DNA from: Nitrospirales bacterium
Lineage (GTDB): Bacteria; Nitrospirota; Nitrospiria; Nitrospirales; UBA8639
DNA: 64,000 nucleotides
Assembly: GCA_965203295.1 (NCBI GenBank)
Contig: CBDBCZ010000015.1
Location: 1,216,001-1,280,000, forward strand
Direction: 5' to 3'
A model generated the notes under the pieces. The model saw only the letters and a list, made by a program, of their open reading frames with translations, ran no database searches and had not been told where the DNA came from. Positions 12,701-26,200 of the stretch are shown one piece after another. Numbering within the stretch: the stretch's first letter is position 1; each line of letters begins with the position of its first letter. A program made the translations under genes and the position numbers.

Positions 12701-15700
12701 AAGTAACTGGCTACCATTGATCTGACCCTTCCCTGCTGTTTAGGAAAAGAACTGGTTATTCAAAGCTTGATTAGTTTAAATGATGTTAGTCGGATACAAT
12801 ACATGTTTAGGATGTGGCGATGTTCAAGAAAGGAACTGGTTATTCAAAGGCTTGTTTAGTTTGGTTGATGTTAGTCTGAAGATTAGAAAAGAAGGATTTT
12901 ATTGAAAATTGTTAGTTTTGTATGTCTCAGGCAAAGACTTTCAGCAAAAGTAACTAGCTACCATTGATCTGACCCTTCCTAACTGTTTAGGAAAATAACT
13001 GGTTATTCAAAGGCTTGTTTAGTTTGAATGATGTTAGTCTGAAGATTAGGAAAGAAGGATTTTATTGAAAATTGTTAGTTTTGTTGGTCTCTAGGAAAGA
13101 CTTTAAGCCAAAGTAACTAGCTACCATTTATCTGACCCTTCCCAACTGTTTAGAAAAAGAACTGGTTATTCAAAGGCCTGTTTAGTTTTGTTGATGTTAG
13201 CCTGAAGATTAGGAAAGAAGGATTTTATTGAAAATTGTTAGTTTTGTTGGTCTCTTGCAATGACTTTAATTAAGCCAAAGTTACTAGCTACCATTGATCT
13301 GACCTTTCCGAACTATTTAGAAAAAGTGCTGGTTATTCAAAGGCTTGTTTTGTTTGAATGATATTTGTCAGATACAATACATGCTTAGGAAGTATCAATG
13401 TTCAAGAAAGGAACTGGTTATTCAAAGGCTTGTTTAGTTTGGTTGATGTTAGTCTGAAGATTAGGAAAGGAGGATTTTATTGAAAATTGTTAGTTTTGTT
13501 GGTCTCTAGCAAAGACTTTAAGCCAAAGTAACTTGCTACCATTTATCTGACCCATCCCAACTGTTTAGAAAAAGAGCTGGTTATTCAAAGGCTTGTTTTG
13601 TTTGAATGATATTAGTCAGATACAATACATGCTTAGGAAGTATCAATATTCAAGAAAAGAACTGGTTATTCAAAGGCTTGTTTAGTTTTGTTGATGTTAG
13701 TCTGAAGATTAGGAAAGAAGGATTTTATTGAAAATTGTTAGTTTCGTTGGTCTCAGGCAAAGACTTTCAGCAAAAGTAACTAGCTACCATTGATCTGACC
13801 CTTCCTAACTGTTTAGGAAAAGAACTGGTTATTCAAAGGCTTGTTTAGTTTGAATGATGTTAGTCTGAAGATTAGGAAAGAAGGATTTTATTGAAAATTG
13901 TTAGTTTTGTTGGTCTCTAGCAAAGACTTTAAGCCAAAGTAACTAGCTACCATTTATCTGACCCTTCCCAACTGTTTAGAAAAGAACTGGTTTTTCAAAG
14001 GCCTGTTTAGTTTTGTTGATGTTAGCCTGAAGATTAGGAAAGAAGGATTTTATTGAAAATTGTTAGTTTTGTTGGTCTCTTGCAATAACTTTAATTAAGC
14101 CAAAGTTACTTGCTACCATTGATCTGGCCTTTCCGAACTCTTTAGAAAAAGTGCTGGTTATTCAAAGGCTTGTTTTTTTGAATGATATTAGTCAGATACA
14201 ATACATGCTTAGGAAGTATCAATGTTGAAGAAAGGAACTGGTTATTTAAAGGCTTTTTTAGTTTGGTTGATGTTAGTCTGAAGATTAGGAAAGAAGGATT
14301 TTATTTAAAATTGTTAGTTTTGTTGGTCTCAGGCAAAGACTTTCAGCCAAAGTAACTGACTACCATTGATCTGACCCTTCCCAACTGTTTAGGAAAACAA
14401 CTGGTTATTCAAAGGCTTGTTTAGTTTGAATGATGTTAGTCAGATACAATACATGCTTAGAAAGTATCGATGTTCAAGAAAGGCACTGGTTATTCAAAGC
14501 CTTGTTTAGTTTGCTTGATGATAATCTGCAGATTAGGAAAGAAGTATTTTATAGAAAATCGTTAGTTTTGTTGGTCTCTAGCAAAGACTTTCAGTTAGTT
14601 TTGTTGGTCTCTAGCAAAGACTTTCAGCCAAAGTAACTGGCTACCATTGATCTGACCCTTCCCAACTTTTTAGGAAAAGAACTGGTTATTCAGAGTATTC
14701 AGAGCTTAATTAGTTTTAATGATGTTAGTCGAATACAATACATGTTAGGAAGTGTCGATGTTCAAGAAAGGAACTGGTTATTGAAAGGCTTGTTTAGTTT
14801 GGTTGATGTTAGTCTGAAGATTAGGAAAGAAGGATTTTATTGAAAAATTGTTAGTTTTGTTGGTCTCAGGCAAAGACTTTCAGCAAAAGTAACTAGCTAC
14901 CATTGATCTGACCCTTCCTAACTGTTTAGGAAAAGAACTGGTTATTCAAAGGCTTGTTTAGTTTGAATGATGTTAGTCTGAAGATTAGGAAAGAAGGATT
15001 TTATTGAAAATTGTTAGTTTTGTTGGTCTCTAGCAAAGACTTTAAGCCAAAGTAACTAGCTACCATTTATCTGACCCTTCCCAACTGTTTAGAAAAAGAA
15101 CTGGTTATTCAAAGGCCTGTTTAGTTTTGTTGATGTTAGCCTGAAGATTAGGAAAGAAGGATTATATTGAAAATTGTTAGTTTTGTAGGTCTCTTGAGAT
15201 GACTTTAATTAAGCCAAAGTTACTAGCTATCATTGATCTGACCTTTCCGAACTCTTTAGAAAAAGTGCTGGTTATTCAAAGTCTTGTTTTTTTTGAATGA
15301 TATTAGTCAGATACAATACATGCTTAGGAAGTATCTATGTTCAAGAAAGGAACTGGTTATTCAAAGGCCTGTTTAGTTTGGTTGATGTTAGCCTGAAGAT
15401 AAGGAAAGAAGGATTTTATTGAAAATTGTTAGTTGGTCTCTAGCAAAGACTTTAAGCCAAAGTTACTAGCTACCATTGATCTGACCCTTCCGAACTATTT
15501 AGAAAATGAGCTGGTTATTCAAAGGCTTGTTTTGTTTGAATGATATTAGTCAGATACAATACATGCTTAGGAAGTATCAATATTCAAAAAAGGAACTGGT
15601 TATTCAAAGGCTTGTTTAGTTTGGTTGATGTTAGTCTGAAGATTAGGAAAGAAGGATTTTATTTAAAATTGTTAGTTTTGTTTGTCTCAGGCAAAGACTT

Positions 15701-18700
15701 TCAGCCAAAGTAACTGGCTACCATTGATCTGACCCTTCCCAATTGGTTAGGAAAACAACTGGTTATTCAAAGGCTTGTTTAGTTTGAATGATGTTAGTCT
15801 GAAGATTAGGAAAGAAGGATTTTATTGAAAATTGTTAGTTTTGTTGGTCTCTAGGAAAGACTTTAAGCCAAAGTAACTAGCTACCATTTATCTGACCCTT
15901 CCCAACTGTTTAGAAAAAGACCTGGTTATTCAAAGGCCTGTTTAGTTTTGTTGATGTTAGCCTGAAGATTAGGAAAGAAGGATTTTATTGAAAATTGTTA
16001 GTTTTGTTGGTCTCTTGTAATGACTTTAATTAAGCCAAAGTTACTAGCTACCATTGATCTGACCTTTCCGAACTATTTAGAAAAAGTGCTGGTTATTCAA
16101 AGGCTTGTTTTGTTTGAATGATATTAGTCAGATACAATACACGCTTAGGAAGTATCAATGTTCAAGAAAGGAACTGGTTATTCAAAGGCTTGTTTAGTTT
16201 TGTTGATGTTAGTCTGAAGATTAGGAAAGGAGGATTTTATTGAAAATTGTTAGTTTTGTTGGTCTCTAGCAAAGACTTTAAGCTAAAGTAACTTGCTACC
16301 ATTGATCTGACCCTTCCCAACTGTTTAGAAAAAGAGCTGGTTATTCAAAGGCTTGTTTTGTTTGAATGATATTAGTCAGATACAATACATGCTTAGGAAG
16401 TATCAATATTCAAGAAAGAAACTGGTTATTCAAAGGCTTGTTTAGTTTGGTTGATGTTAGTCTGAAGATTAGGAAAGAAGGATTTTATTGAAAATTATTA
16501 GTTTTGTTGGTCTCAGGCAAAGACTTTCAGCAAAAGTAACTAGCTACCATTGATCTGACCCTTCCTAACTGTTTAGGAAAAGAACTGGTTATTCAAAGGC
16601 TTGTTTAGTTTGAATGATGTTAGTCTGAAGATTAGGAAAGAAGGATTTTATGGAAAATTGTTAGTTTTGTTGGTCTCTAGCAAAGACTTTAAGCCAAAGT
16701 AACTAGCTACCATTTATCTGACCCTTCCCAACTGTTTAGAAAAGAACTGGTTATTCAAAGGCCTGTTTAGTTTTGTTGATGTTAGCCTGAAGATTAGGAA
16801 ATAAGGATTTTATTGAAAATTGTTAGTTTTGTTGGTCTCTTGCAATAACTTTAATTAAGCCAAAGTTACTAGCTACCATTGATCTGACCCTTCCTAACTG
16901 TTTAGGAAAAGAACTGGTTATTCAAAGGCTTGTTTTGTTTGAATGGTATTAGTCAGATACAATACATGCTTAGGAAGTATCAATGTTCAAGAAAGGAACT
17001 GGTTATTCAAAGGCTTGTTTAGTTTGGTTGATGTTAGTCTGAAGATTAGGAAAGAAGGATTTTATTGAAAATTGTTAGTTTTGTTGGTCTCAGGCAAAGA
17101 CTTTCAGCAAAAGTAACTAGCTACCATTGATCTGACCCTTCCTAACTGTTTAGGAAAAGAACTGGTTATTCAAAGGCTTGTTTAGTTTGAATGATGTTAG
17201 TCTGAAGATTAGGAAAGAAGGATTTTATTGAAAATTGTTAGTTTTGTTGGTCTCAGGCAAAGATTTTCAGCCAAAGTAACTGGCTACCATTGATCTGACC
17301 CTTCCCAACTGTTTAGGAAAAGAACTGGTTATTCAAAGGCTTAATTAGTTTTAATGATGTTAGTCGAATACAATACATGTTTAGGAAGTGTCGATGTTCA
17401 AGAAAGGAACTGGTTATTGAAAGGCTTGTTTAGTTTGGTTGATGTTAGTCTGAAGATTAGGAAAGAAGGATTTTATTGAAAATTGTTAGTTTTGTTAGTC
17501 TCAGGCAAAGACTTTCAGCAAAAGTAACTAGCTACCATTGATCTGACCCTTCCTAACTGTTTAGGAAAAGAACTGGTTATTCAAAGGCTTGTTTAGTTTG
17601 AATGATGTTAGTGTGAAGATTAGGAAAGAAGGATTTTATTGAAAATTGTTAGTTTTGTTGGTCTCTAGCAAAGACTTTAAGCCAAAGTAACTAGCTACCA
17701 TTTATCTGACCCTTCCCAACTGTTTAGAAACAGAACTGGTTATTCAAAGGCCTTTTTAGTTTTGTTGATGTTAGCCTGAAGATTAGGAAAGAAGGATTAT
17801 ATTGAAAATTGTTAGTTTTGTTGGTCTCTTGCAATGACTTTAATTAAGCCAAAGTTACTAGCTGCCATTGATCTGACCTTTCCGAACTCTTTAGAAAAAG
17901 TGCTGGTTATTCAAAGGCTTGTTTTTTTTGAATGATATTAGTCTGATACAATACATGCTTAGGAAGTATCAATGTTCAAGAAAGGAACTGGTTATTCAAA
18001 GGCCTATTTAGTTTGGTTGTTGTTAGCCTGAAGATAAGGAAAGAAGGATTTTATTGAAAATTGTTAGTTTTGTTGCTCTCTAGCAAAGACTTTAAGCCAA
18101 AGTTACTAGCTACCATTGATCTGACCCTTCCGAACTATTTAGAAAATGAGCTGGTTATTCAAAGGCTTGTTTTGTTTGAATGATATTAGTCAGATACAAT
18201 ACATGCTTAGGAAGTATCAATATTCAAAAAAGGAACTGGTTATTCAAAGGCTTGTTTAGTTTGGTTGATATTTGTCTGAAGATTAGGAAAGAAGGATTTT
18301 ATATAAGATTGTTAGTTTTGTTGGTCTCAGGCAAAGACTTTCAGCCAAAGTAACTGGCTACCATTGATCTGACCCTTCCCAACTGTTTAGGAAAAGAACT
18401 GGTTATTCAAAGGTTTGTTTAGTTTGAATGATGTTAGTCTGAAGATTAGGAAAGAAGGATTTTATTGAAAATTGTTAGTTTTGTTGGTCTCTAGCAAAGA
18501 CTCTAAGCCAAAGTAACTAGCTACCATTTATCTGACCTTTCCCAACTTTTTAGAAAAAGAACTAGTTATTCAAAGGGCTGTTTAGTTTTGTTGATGTTAG
18601 CCTGAAGATTAGGAAAGAAGGATTTTATTGAAAATTGTTAGTTTTGTTGGTCTCTTGCAATGACTTTAATTAAGCCAAAGTTACTAGCTACCATTTATCT

Positions 18701-21700
18701 GACCTTTCCGAACTCTTTAGAAAAAGTGCTGGTTATTCAAAGGCTTATTTTGTTTGAATGATATCAGTCATATACAATACATGCTTAGGAAGTATCAATG
18801 TTCAAGAAAGGAACTGGTTATTCAAAAGCTTGTTTAGTTTGGTTGATGTTAGTCTGAAGATTAGGAAAGAAGAATTTTATTGAAAATTGTTAGTTTTGTT
18901 GGTCTCTAGCAAAGACTTTAAGCCAAAGTAACTGACTACCATTTATCTGACCCTTCCCAACTGTTTAGAAAAAGAGCTGGTTATTCAAAGGCCTGTTTAG
19001 TTTTGTTGATGTTAGCCTGAAGATTAGGAAAGAAGGATTTTATTGAAAATTGTTAGTTTTGTTGGTCTCAGGCAAAGACTTTCAGCCAATGTAACTGGCT
19101 ACCATTGATCTGACCCTTTCCAACTGTTTTGGAAAAGAACTGGTTATTCAAAGGCTTGTTTAGTTTGGTCAGATACAATACACGCTTAGGAAGTATCGAT
19201 GTTCAAGAAAGGAACTGTTTATTCTAAGGCTTGTTTAGTTTGGTTGATTTTAGTCTGAAGATTAGGATAGAAGGATTTTATTGAAAATCGTTAGTTTTGT
19301 TGGTCTCTAGCAAAGACTTTGAGCCAAAGTAACTAGCTATTATTGATCTGACCCTTACCAGCTGTTTAGGAAAAGAACTGGTTATTCTAAGGCTTGATTA
19401 GTTTTAATTATGTTAGTCGGATACAATACATGTTTAGGAAGTATCGATGTTCAAAAAAGGAACTGGTTATTCTAAGGCTTGTTTAGTTTGAATGATGTTA
19501 GTCTGAAGATTAGGAAAGAAGGATTTTATTGAAAATTGTTAGTTTTGTTGGTCTCTAGCTAAGACTTTAAGCCAAAGTAACTAGCTACCATTTATCTGAC
19601 CCTTCCTAACTGATAAGAAAAAGAACTGGTTATTCAGAGGCCTGTTTAGTTTTGTTGATGTTAGCCTGAAGATTAGGAAAGAAGGATTTTATTGAAAATT
19701 GTTTGTTTGGTTGGTCTCTAGCAAAGACTTTAAGCCAAAGTTACTAGCTACCATTGATCTGACCCTTCCGAACTATTTAGAAAATGAACTGGTTATTCAA
19801 AGGCTTGTTTTGTTTGAATGATATTAGTCAGATACAATACATGCTTAGGAAGTATCAATATTCAAGAAAGGAACTGGTTATTCAAAGGCTTGTTTAGTTT
19901 GGTTGATGTTAGTCTGAAGATTAGGAAAGAAGGATTTTATTTAAAATTGTTAGTTTTGTTGGTCTCAGGCAAAGACTTTCAGCCATAGTAACTGACTACC
20001 ATTGTTCTGACCCTTCCCAACTGTTTAGGAAAACAACTGGTTATTCAAAGGCTTGTTTAGTTTGAATGATGTTAGTCAGATACAATACATTCTTAGGAAG
20101 TATCGATGTTCAAGAAAGGAACTGGTTATTCAAAGGCTTGTTTAGTTTGCTTGATGTTAGTCTGCAGATTAGGAAAGAAGTATTTTATAGAAAATCGTTA
20201 GTTTTGTTGGTCTCTAGCAAAGACTTTGAGCCAAAGTAACTAGCTACCATTGATCTGACCCTTCACAACTGTTTAGGAAAAGAACCTGTTATTCAAAGGC
20301 TTGATTAGTTTTAATGATGTTAGTCGGATACAATACATGTTTAGGAAGTGTCGATGTTCAAGAAAGGAACTGGTTATTCAAAGGCTTGTTTAGTTTGGTT
20401 GATGTTAGTCTTATGATTAGGAAAGAAGAATTTTATTGAAAATTGTTAGTTTTGTTGGTCTCAGGCAAAGACTTTCAGCAAAAGTAACTAACTAGCATTG
20501 ATCTGACCATTCCTAACTGTTTAGGAAAAGAACTGGTTATTCAAAGGCTTGTTTAGTTTGAATTATGTTAGTCTGAAGATTAGGAAAGAAGGATTTTATT
20601 GAAAATTGTTAGTTTTGTTGGTCTCTAGGAAAGACTAAGCCAAAGTAACTAGCTACCATATATCTGACCCTTCCCAACTGTTTAGAAAAAGAACTGGTTA
20701 TTCAAAGGCCTGTTTAGTTTTGTTGATGTTAGCCTGAAGATTCGGAAAGAAGGATTTTATTGAAAATTGTTAGTTTTGTTGGTCTCTTGCAATGACTTTA
20801 ATTAAGCCAAAGTTACTAGCTACCATTGATCTGACCTTTCCGAACTATTTAGAAAAAGTGCTGGTTTTTCAAAGGCTTGTTTTGTTTGAATGATATTAGT
20901 CAGATACAATACATGCTTAGGAAGTATCAATGTTCAAGAAAGGAACTAGTTATTCAAAGGCTTGTTTAGTTTTGTTGATGTTAGTCTGAAGATTAGGAAA
21001 GGAGGATTGTATTGAAAATTGTTAGTTTTGTTGGTCTCTAGCAAAGACTTTAAGCCAAAGTAACTTGCTACCATTTATCTGACCTTTCCCAACTGTTTAG
21101 AAAAAGAGCTGGTTATTCAAAGGCTTGTTTAGTTTGAATGATATTAGTCAGATACAATACATGCTTAGGAAGTATCAATATTCAAGAAAGGAACTGGTTA
21201 TTCAAAGGCTTGTTTAGTTTGGTTGATGTTAGTCTGAAGATTAGGAAAGAAGGATTTTATTGAAAATTGTTAGTTTTGTTGGTCTCAGGCAAATACTTTA
21301 AGCCAAAGTAACTTGCTACCATTTATCTGACCCTTCCCAACTGTTTAGAAAAAGAGCTGGTTATTCAAAGGCTTGTTTTGTTTGAATGATGTTAGTCTGA
21401 AGATTAGGAAAGAAAGATTTTATTGAAAATTGTTAGTTTTGTTGGTTTCTAGCAAAGACTTTAAGCCAAAGCAACTAGCTACCATTTATCTGACCTTTCC
21501 CAACTGTTTAGAAAAAGAACTAGTTATTCAAAGGGCTGTTTTGTTTTGTTGATATTTGCCTGAAGATTAGGAAAGAAGGATTTTATTGAAAATTCTTAGT
21601 TATGTTGGTCTCTAGCAAAGACTTTAAGCCAAGGGAACTAGGTACCATTTATCTGACCCTTCCCAACTGTTTAGAAAAAGAACTGGTTATTCAAAGGCCT

Positions 21701-23209
21701 GTTTAGTTTTGTTGATGTTAGCCTGAAGATTAGGAAAGAAGGATTTTATTAAAAATTGTTAGTTTTGTTGGTCTCTTGCAATGACTTTAATTAAGCCAAA
21801 GTTACTAGCTACCATTGATCTGACTCTTCCGAACTATTTAGAAAAAGTGCTGGTTATTCAAAGGCTTGTTTTGTTTGAATGATATTAGTCAGATACAATA
21901 CATGCTTATGAAGTATTAATGTTCAAGAAAGGAGCTGGTTATTCAAAGGCTTGTTTAGTTTGGTTGATGTTAGTCTGAATATTAGGAAAGAAGGATTTTA
22001 TTGAAAATTGTTAGTTTTGTCGTCTCAGGCAAAGACTTTCAGCCAAGGTAACTGGCTACCATTGATCTGACCTTGCCTAACTGTTTAGGAAAAGAACCTG
22101 TTATTCAAAGGCTTGTTTAGTTTAAATGATGTTAGTCAAATACAGTAATCCTTAAGAAGTATCGATGTTCAAGAAAGGAACTGGTTATTCAAAGGCTTGT
22201 TTAGTTTGCTTGATGTTAGTCTACAGATTAGGAAAGAAGTATTTTATAGAAAATCGTTAGTTTTGTTGGTCTCTAGCAAAGACTTAACTACCATTGATCT
22301 GACCCTTCCCAACTGTTTAGGAAAAGAACTGGCTATTCAAAGGCTTGTTTAGTTTAAATGATGATACAATACATGCTTAGGAAGTATCGATGTTCAAGAA
22401 AGGAACTGGTTATTCAAAGGCTTGTTTAGTTTTGTTGATGTTAGTCTGAAGATTAGGAAAGAAGGATTTTATTTAAAATTGTTAATTTTGTTGGTCTCAG
22501 GCAAAGACTTTCAGCCAAAGTAACTGGCTACCATTGATCTGACCCTTCCGAACTGTTTAGGAAAAGAACCTGTTATTCAAAGGCTTGTTTAGTTTGAATG
22601 ATGTTAGTCAAATGCAATACATGCTTAGGAAGTATCGATGTTCAAGAAAGGAACTGGTTATTCAAAAGCTTGTTTAGTTTTGTTGATGTTAGTCTGCAGA
22701 TTAGGAAAGAAGGATTTTATTGAAAATTGTTAGGTTTGTTGGTCTCTAGCAGAGACTTTGAGCCAAAGCAACTAGCTACCATTGATCAGACCCTTCCAAA
22801 CTGTTTAGAAAAAGAACTGGTTATTCAAAGGCCTGTTTAGATTTGTTGATTTTAGCCTTAAGATTAGGAAAGAAGGATTTTATTGAAAATTGTTAGTTTT
22901 GTTGGTCTCTAGCAAAGACTTTAAGCCAAGTCACTAGCTACCATTTATCTGACCCTTCCCAACTGTTTAGAAAAAGAGCTGGTTATTCAAAGGCTAGTTT
23001 AGTTTGAATGATGTTAGTCAAATACAATAATCCTTAGGAAGTATCGATGTTCAAGAAAGGAACTGGTTATTCAAAGGCTTGTTTAGTTTTCTTGATGTAT
23101 GTCTGCAGATTAGAAAAGAAGTATTTTATAGAAAATCGTTCGTTTTGTTGGTCTCTAGCAAAGACTTTGAGCCAAAGTAACTAGCTACCATTGATCTGAC
23201 CCTTCCCAA

Positions 23210-26200
23210 CTTTTTAGGAAAAGAACTGGTTATTTAAATGCTTGTTTAGTTTAAATGATGTTAGTCGCATACAATACATGCTTAGGAAGTATCGATGTTC
23301 AAGAAAGTAACTGGTTATTCAAATGCTTATTAAGTTTGCTTGATGTTAGTCTGCAGATTAGGAAAGAAGTATTTTATAGAAAATCGTTAGTTTTGTTGGT
23401 CTCTAGCAAAAACTTTGAGCCAAAGTAACTAGCTACCATTGATCTGACCCTTCCCAACTTTTTAGGGAAAGAAGTGGTTATTCAAAGGCTTGATTAGTTT
23501 GGTTGATGTTAGTCTGAAGATTAGGAAAAAAGGATTTTATTTAAAATTGTTAGTTTTGTTGATCTCAGGCAAAGACTTTCAGCCAAAGTAACTAGCTACC
23601 ATTGATCTGACCCTTCCCAACTGTTTAGGAAAAGAACCTGTTATTCAAAGGCTTGTTTAGTTTGAATGATGTTAGTCAGATACAATACATGCTTAGGAAG
23701 TATCGTTGTTCAAGAAAGGAACAGGTTATTCAAAGGCTAGTTTAGTTTGAATGGTGTTAGTCAAATACAATACATCCTTAGGAAGTATCGATGTTCAAGA
23801 AAGGAACTGGTTATTCAAAGGCTTGTTTAATTTTTTTGATGTTAGTCTGCAGATTAGGAAAGAAGTATTTTATAGAAAATCGTTAGTTTTGTTGGTCTCT
23901 AGCAAAGACTTTGAGCCAAAGTAACTAGCTACCATTGATCTGACCCTACCCTACTGTATAGGAAAAGAACTGGTTATTCAAAGGCTTGATTAGTTTTAAT
24001 GATGTTAGTCGGATACAATACGTGTTTAGGAAGTGTCGATGTTCAAGAATGGAACTGGTTATTCAAAGGCTTGTTTAGTTTGGTTGATGTTAGTCTGAAG
24101 ATTAGGAAAGAAGGATTTTATTAAAAATTGTTAGTTTCTTTGGTCTCTAGCAAAGACTTTAAGCCAAAGTAACTAGGTACAATTTATCAGACCCTTCCGA
24201 ACTGTTTAGAAAAAGAACTGGTTATTCAAAGGCCTGTTTAGTTTCGTTGATGTTAGCCTGAAGATTAGGAAAGAAGGATTTTATTGAAAATTGTTAGTTT
24301 TGTTGGTCTCTAGCAAAGACTTTAAGCCAAAGTCACTAGCTACTATTGATCTGACCCTTCCCAACCGTTTAGAAAAAGAGCTTATTATTCAAAGGCTAGT
24401 TTAGTTTGAATGATGTTAGTCAAATACAATAATCCTTAGGAAGTATCTATGTTCAAGAAAGGAACTGGTTATTCAAAGGCTTGTTTAGTTTGCTTGATGT
24501 TAGTCTGCAGATTAGGAAAGAAGTATTTTATAGAAAATTGTTAGTTTTTTTGGTGTCTAGCAAAGACTTTGAGCCAAAGTAACAAGCTACCATTGATCTG
24601 ACCCTTCCCAACTGTTTAGGAAAAGAAGTGGTTATTCAAAAGCTTATTTAGTTTGAATGATGTTAGTCATATACAATACACGCTTAGGAAGCATCGATGT
24701 TCAAGAAAGGAACTTGTTATTCAAAGGCTTGTTTAGTTTGGTTGATGTTAGTCTGAAGATTAGGAAAGAAGGATTTTATTTAAAATTGTTAGTTTTGTTG
24801 ATCTCAGGCAAAGACTTTCAGCCAAAGTAACTAGCTACCATTGATCTGACCCTTCCCAACTGTTTAGGAAAAGAACCTGTTATTCAAAGGCTTGTTTAGT
24901 TTGAATTATGTTAGTCAGATACAATACATGCTTAGGAAGTATCGTTGTTCAAGAAAGGAACAGGTTATTCAAAGGCTAGTTTAGTTTGAATGGTGTTAGT
25001 CAAATACAATACATCTTAGGAAGTATCGATGTTCCAGAAAGGAACTGGTTATTCAAACGCTTGTTTAATTTTGTTGATGTTAGTCTGCAGATTAGGAAAG
25101 AAGTATTTTATAGAAAATCGTTAGTTTTGTTGGTCTCTAGCAAAGACTTTGAGCCAAAGTAACTAGCTACCATTGATCTGACCCTACCCTACTGTTTGGG
25201 AAAAGAACTGGTTATTCAAAGGCTTGATTAGTTTTAATGATGTTAGTCGGATACAATACGTGTTTAGGAAGTGTCGATGTTCAAGAATGGAACTGGTTAT
25301 TCAAAGGCTTGTTTAGTTTGGTTGATGTTAGTCTGAAGATTAGGAAAGAAGGATTTTATTGAAAATTGTTAGTTTGGTTGGTCTCTAGCAAAGACTTTAA
25401 GCCAAAGTAACTAGCTACCATTTATCTGACCCTTCCCAACTGTTTAGAAAAAGAACTGGTTATTCAAAGGCTTGTTTAGTTTTAATGATGTTAGTCTAAA
25501 GATTAGGAAAGAAGGATTTTATTGAAAATTGTTAGTTTTGTTGGTCTCTAGCAAAGACTTTAAGCCAAAGTAACTAGCTACCATTTTTCTGACCCTTCCT
25601 AACTGTTTAGAAAAGAACTGGTTATTCAAAGGCCTGTTTAGTTTTGTTGATGTTAGCCTGAAGATTAGGAAAGAAGGATTTTATTGAAAATTGTTAGTTT
25701 TGTTGGTCTCTAGCAAAGACTTTAAGCCAAAGTTACTAGCTACCATTAATCTGACCCTACCAAACTATTTAGAAAATGAGCTGGTTGTTCAAAAGCTTGT
25801 TTTGTTTGAATGATATTAGTCAGATACAATACATGCTTAGGAAGTATCAATGTTCAAGAAAGGAACTGGTTATTCAAAGGCTTGTTTAATTTGGTTGATG
25901 TTAGTCTGAAGATTAGGAAAGAAGGATTTTATTTAAAATTGTTAGTTTTTTTGTCTCTAGCAAAAACTTTAAGCCAAAGTAACTTGCTACCATTTATCTG
26001 ACCCTTCCCAACTGTTTAGAAAAAGAGCTGGTTATTCAAAGGCCTTTTTAGTTTTGTTGATGTTAGCCTGAAGATTAGGAAAGAAGGATTTTATTGAAAA
26101 TTGTTAGTTTCGTTGGTCTCAGGCAAAGACTTTCAGCCAAAGTAACTGGCTACCATTGATCTGACCCTTCCCAACTGTTTAGGAAAAGAACTGGTTATTG

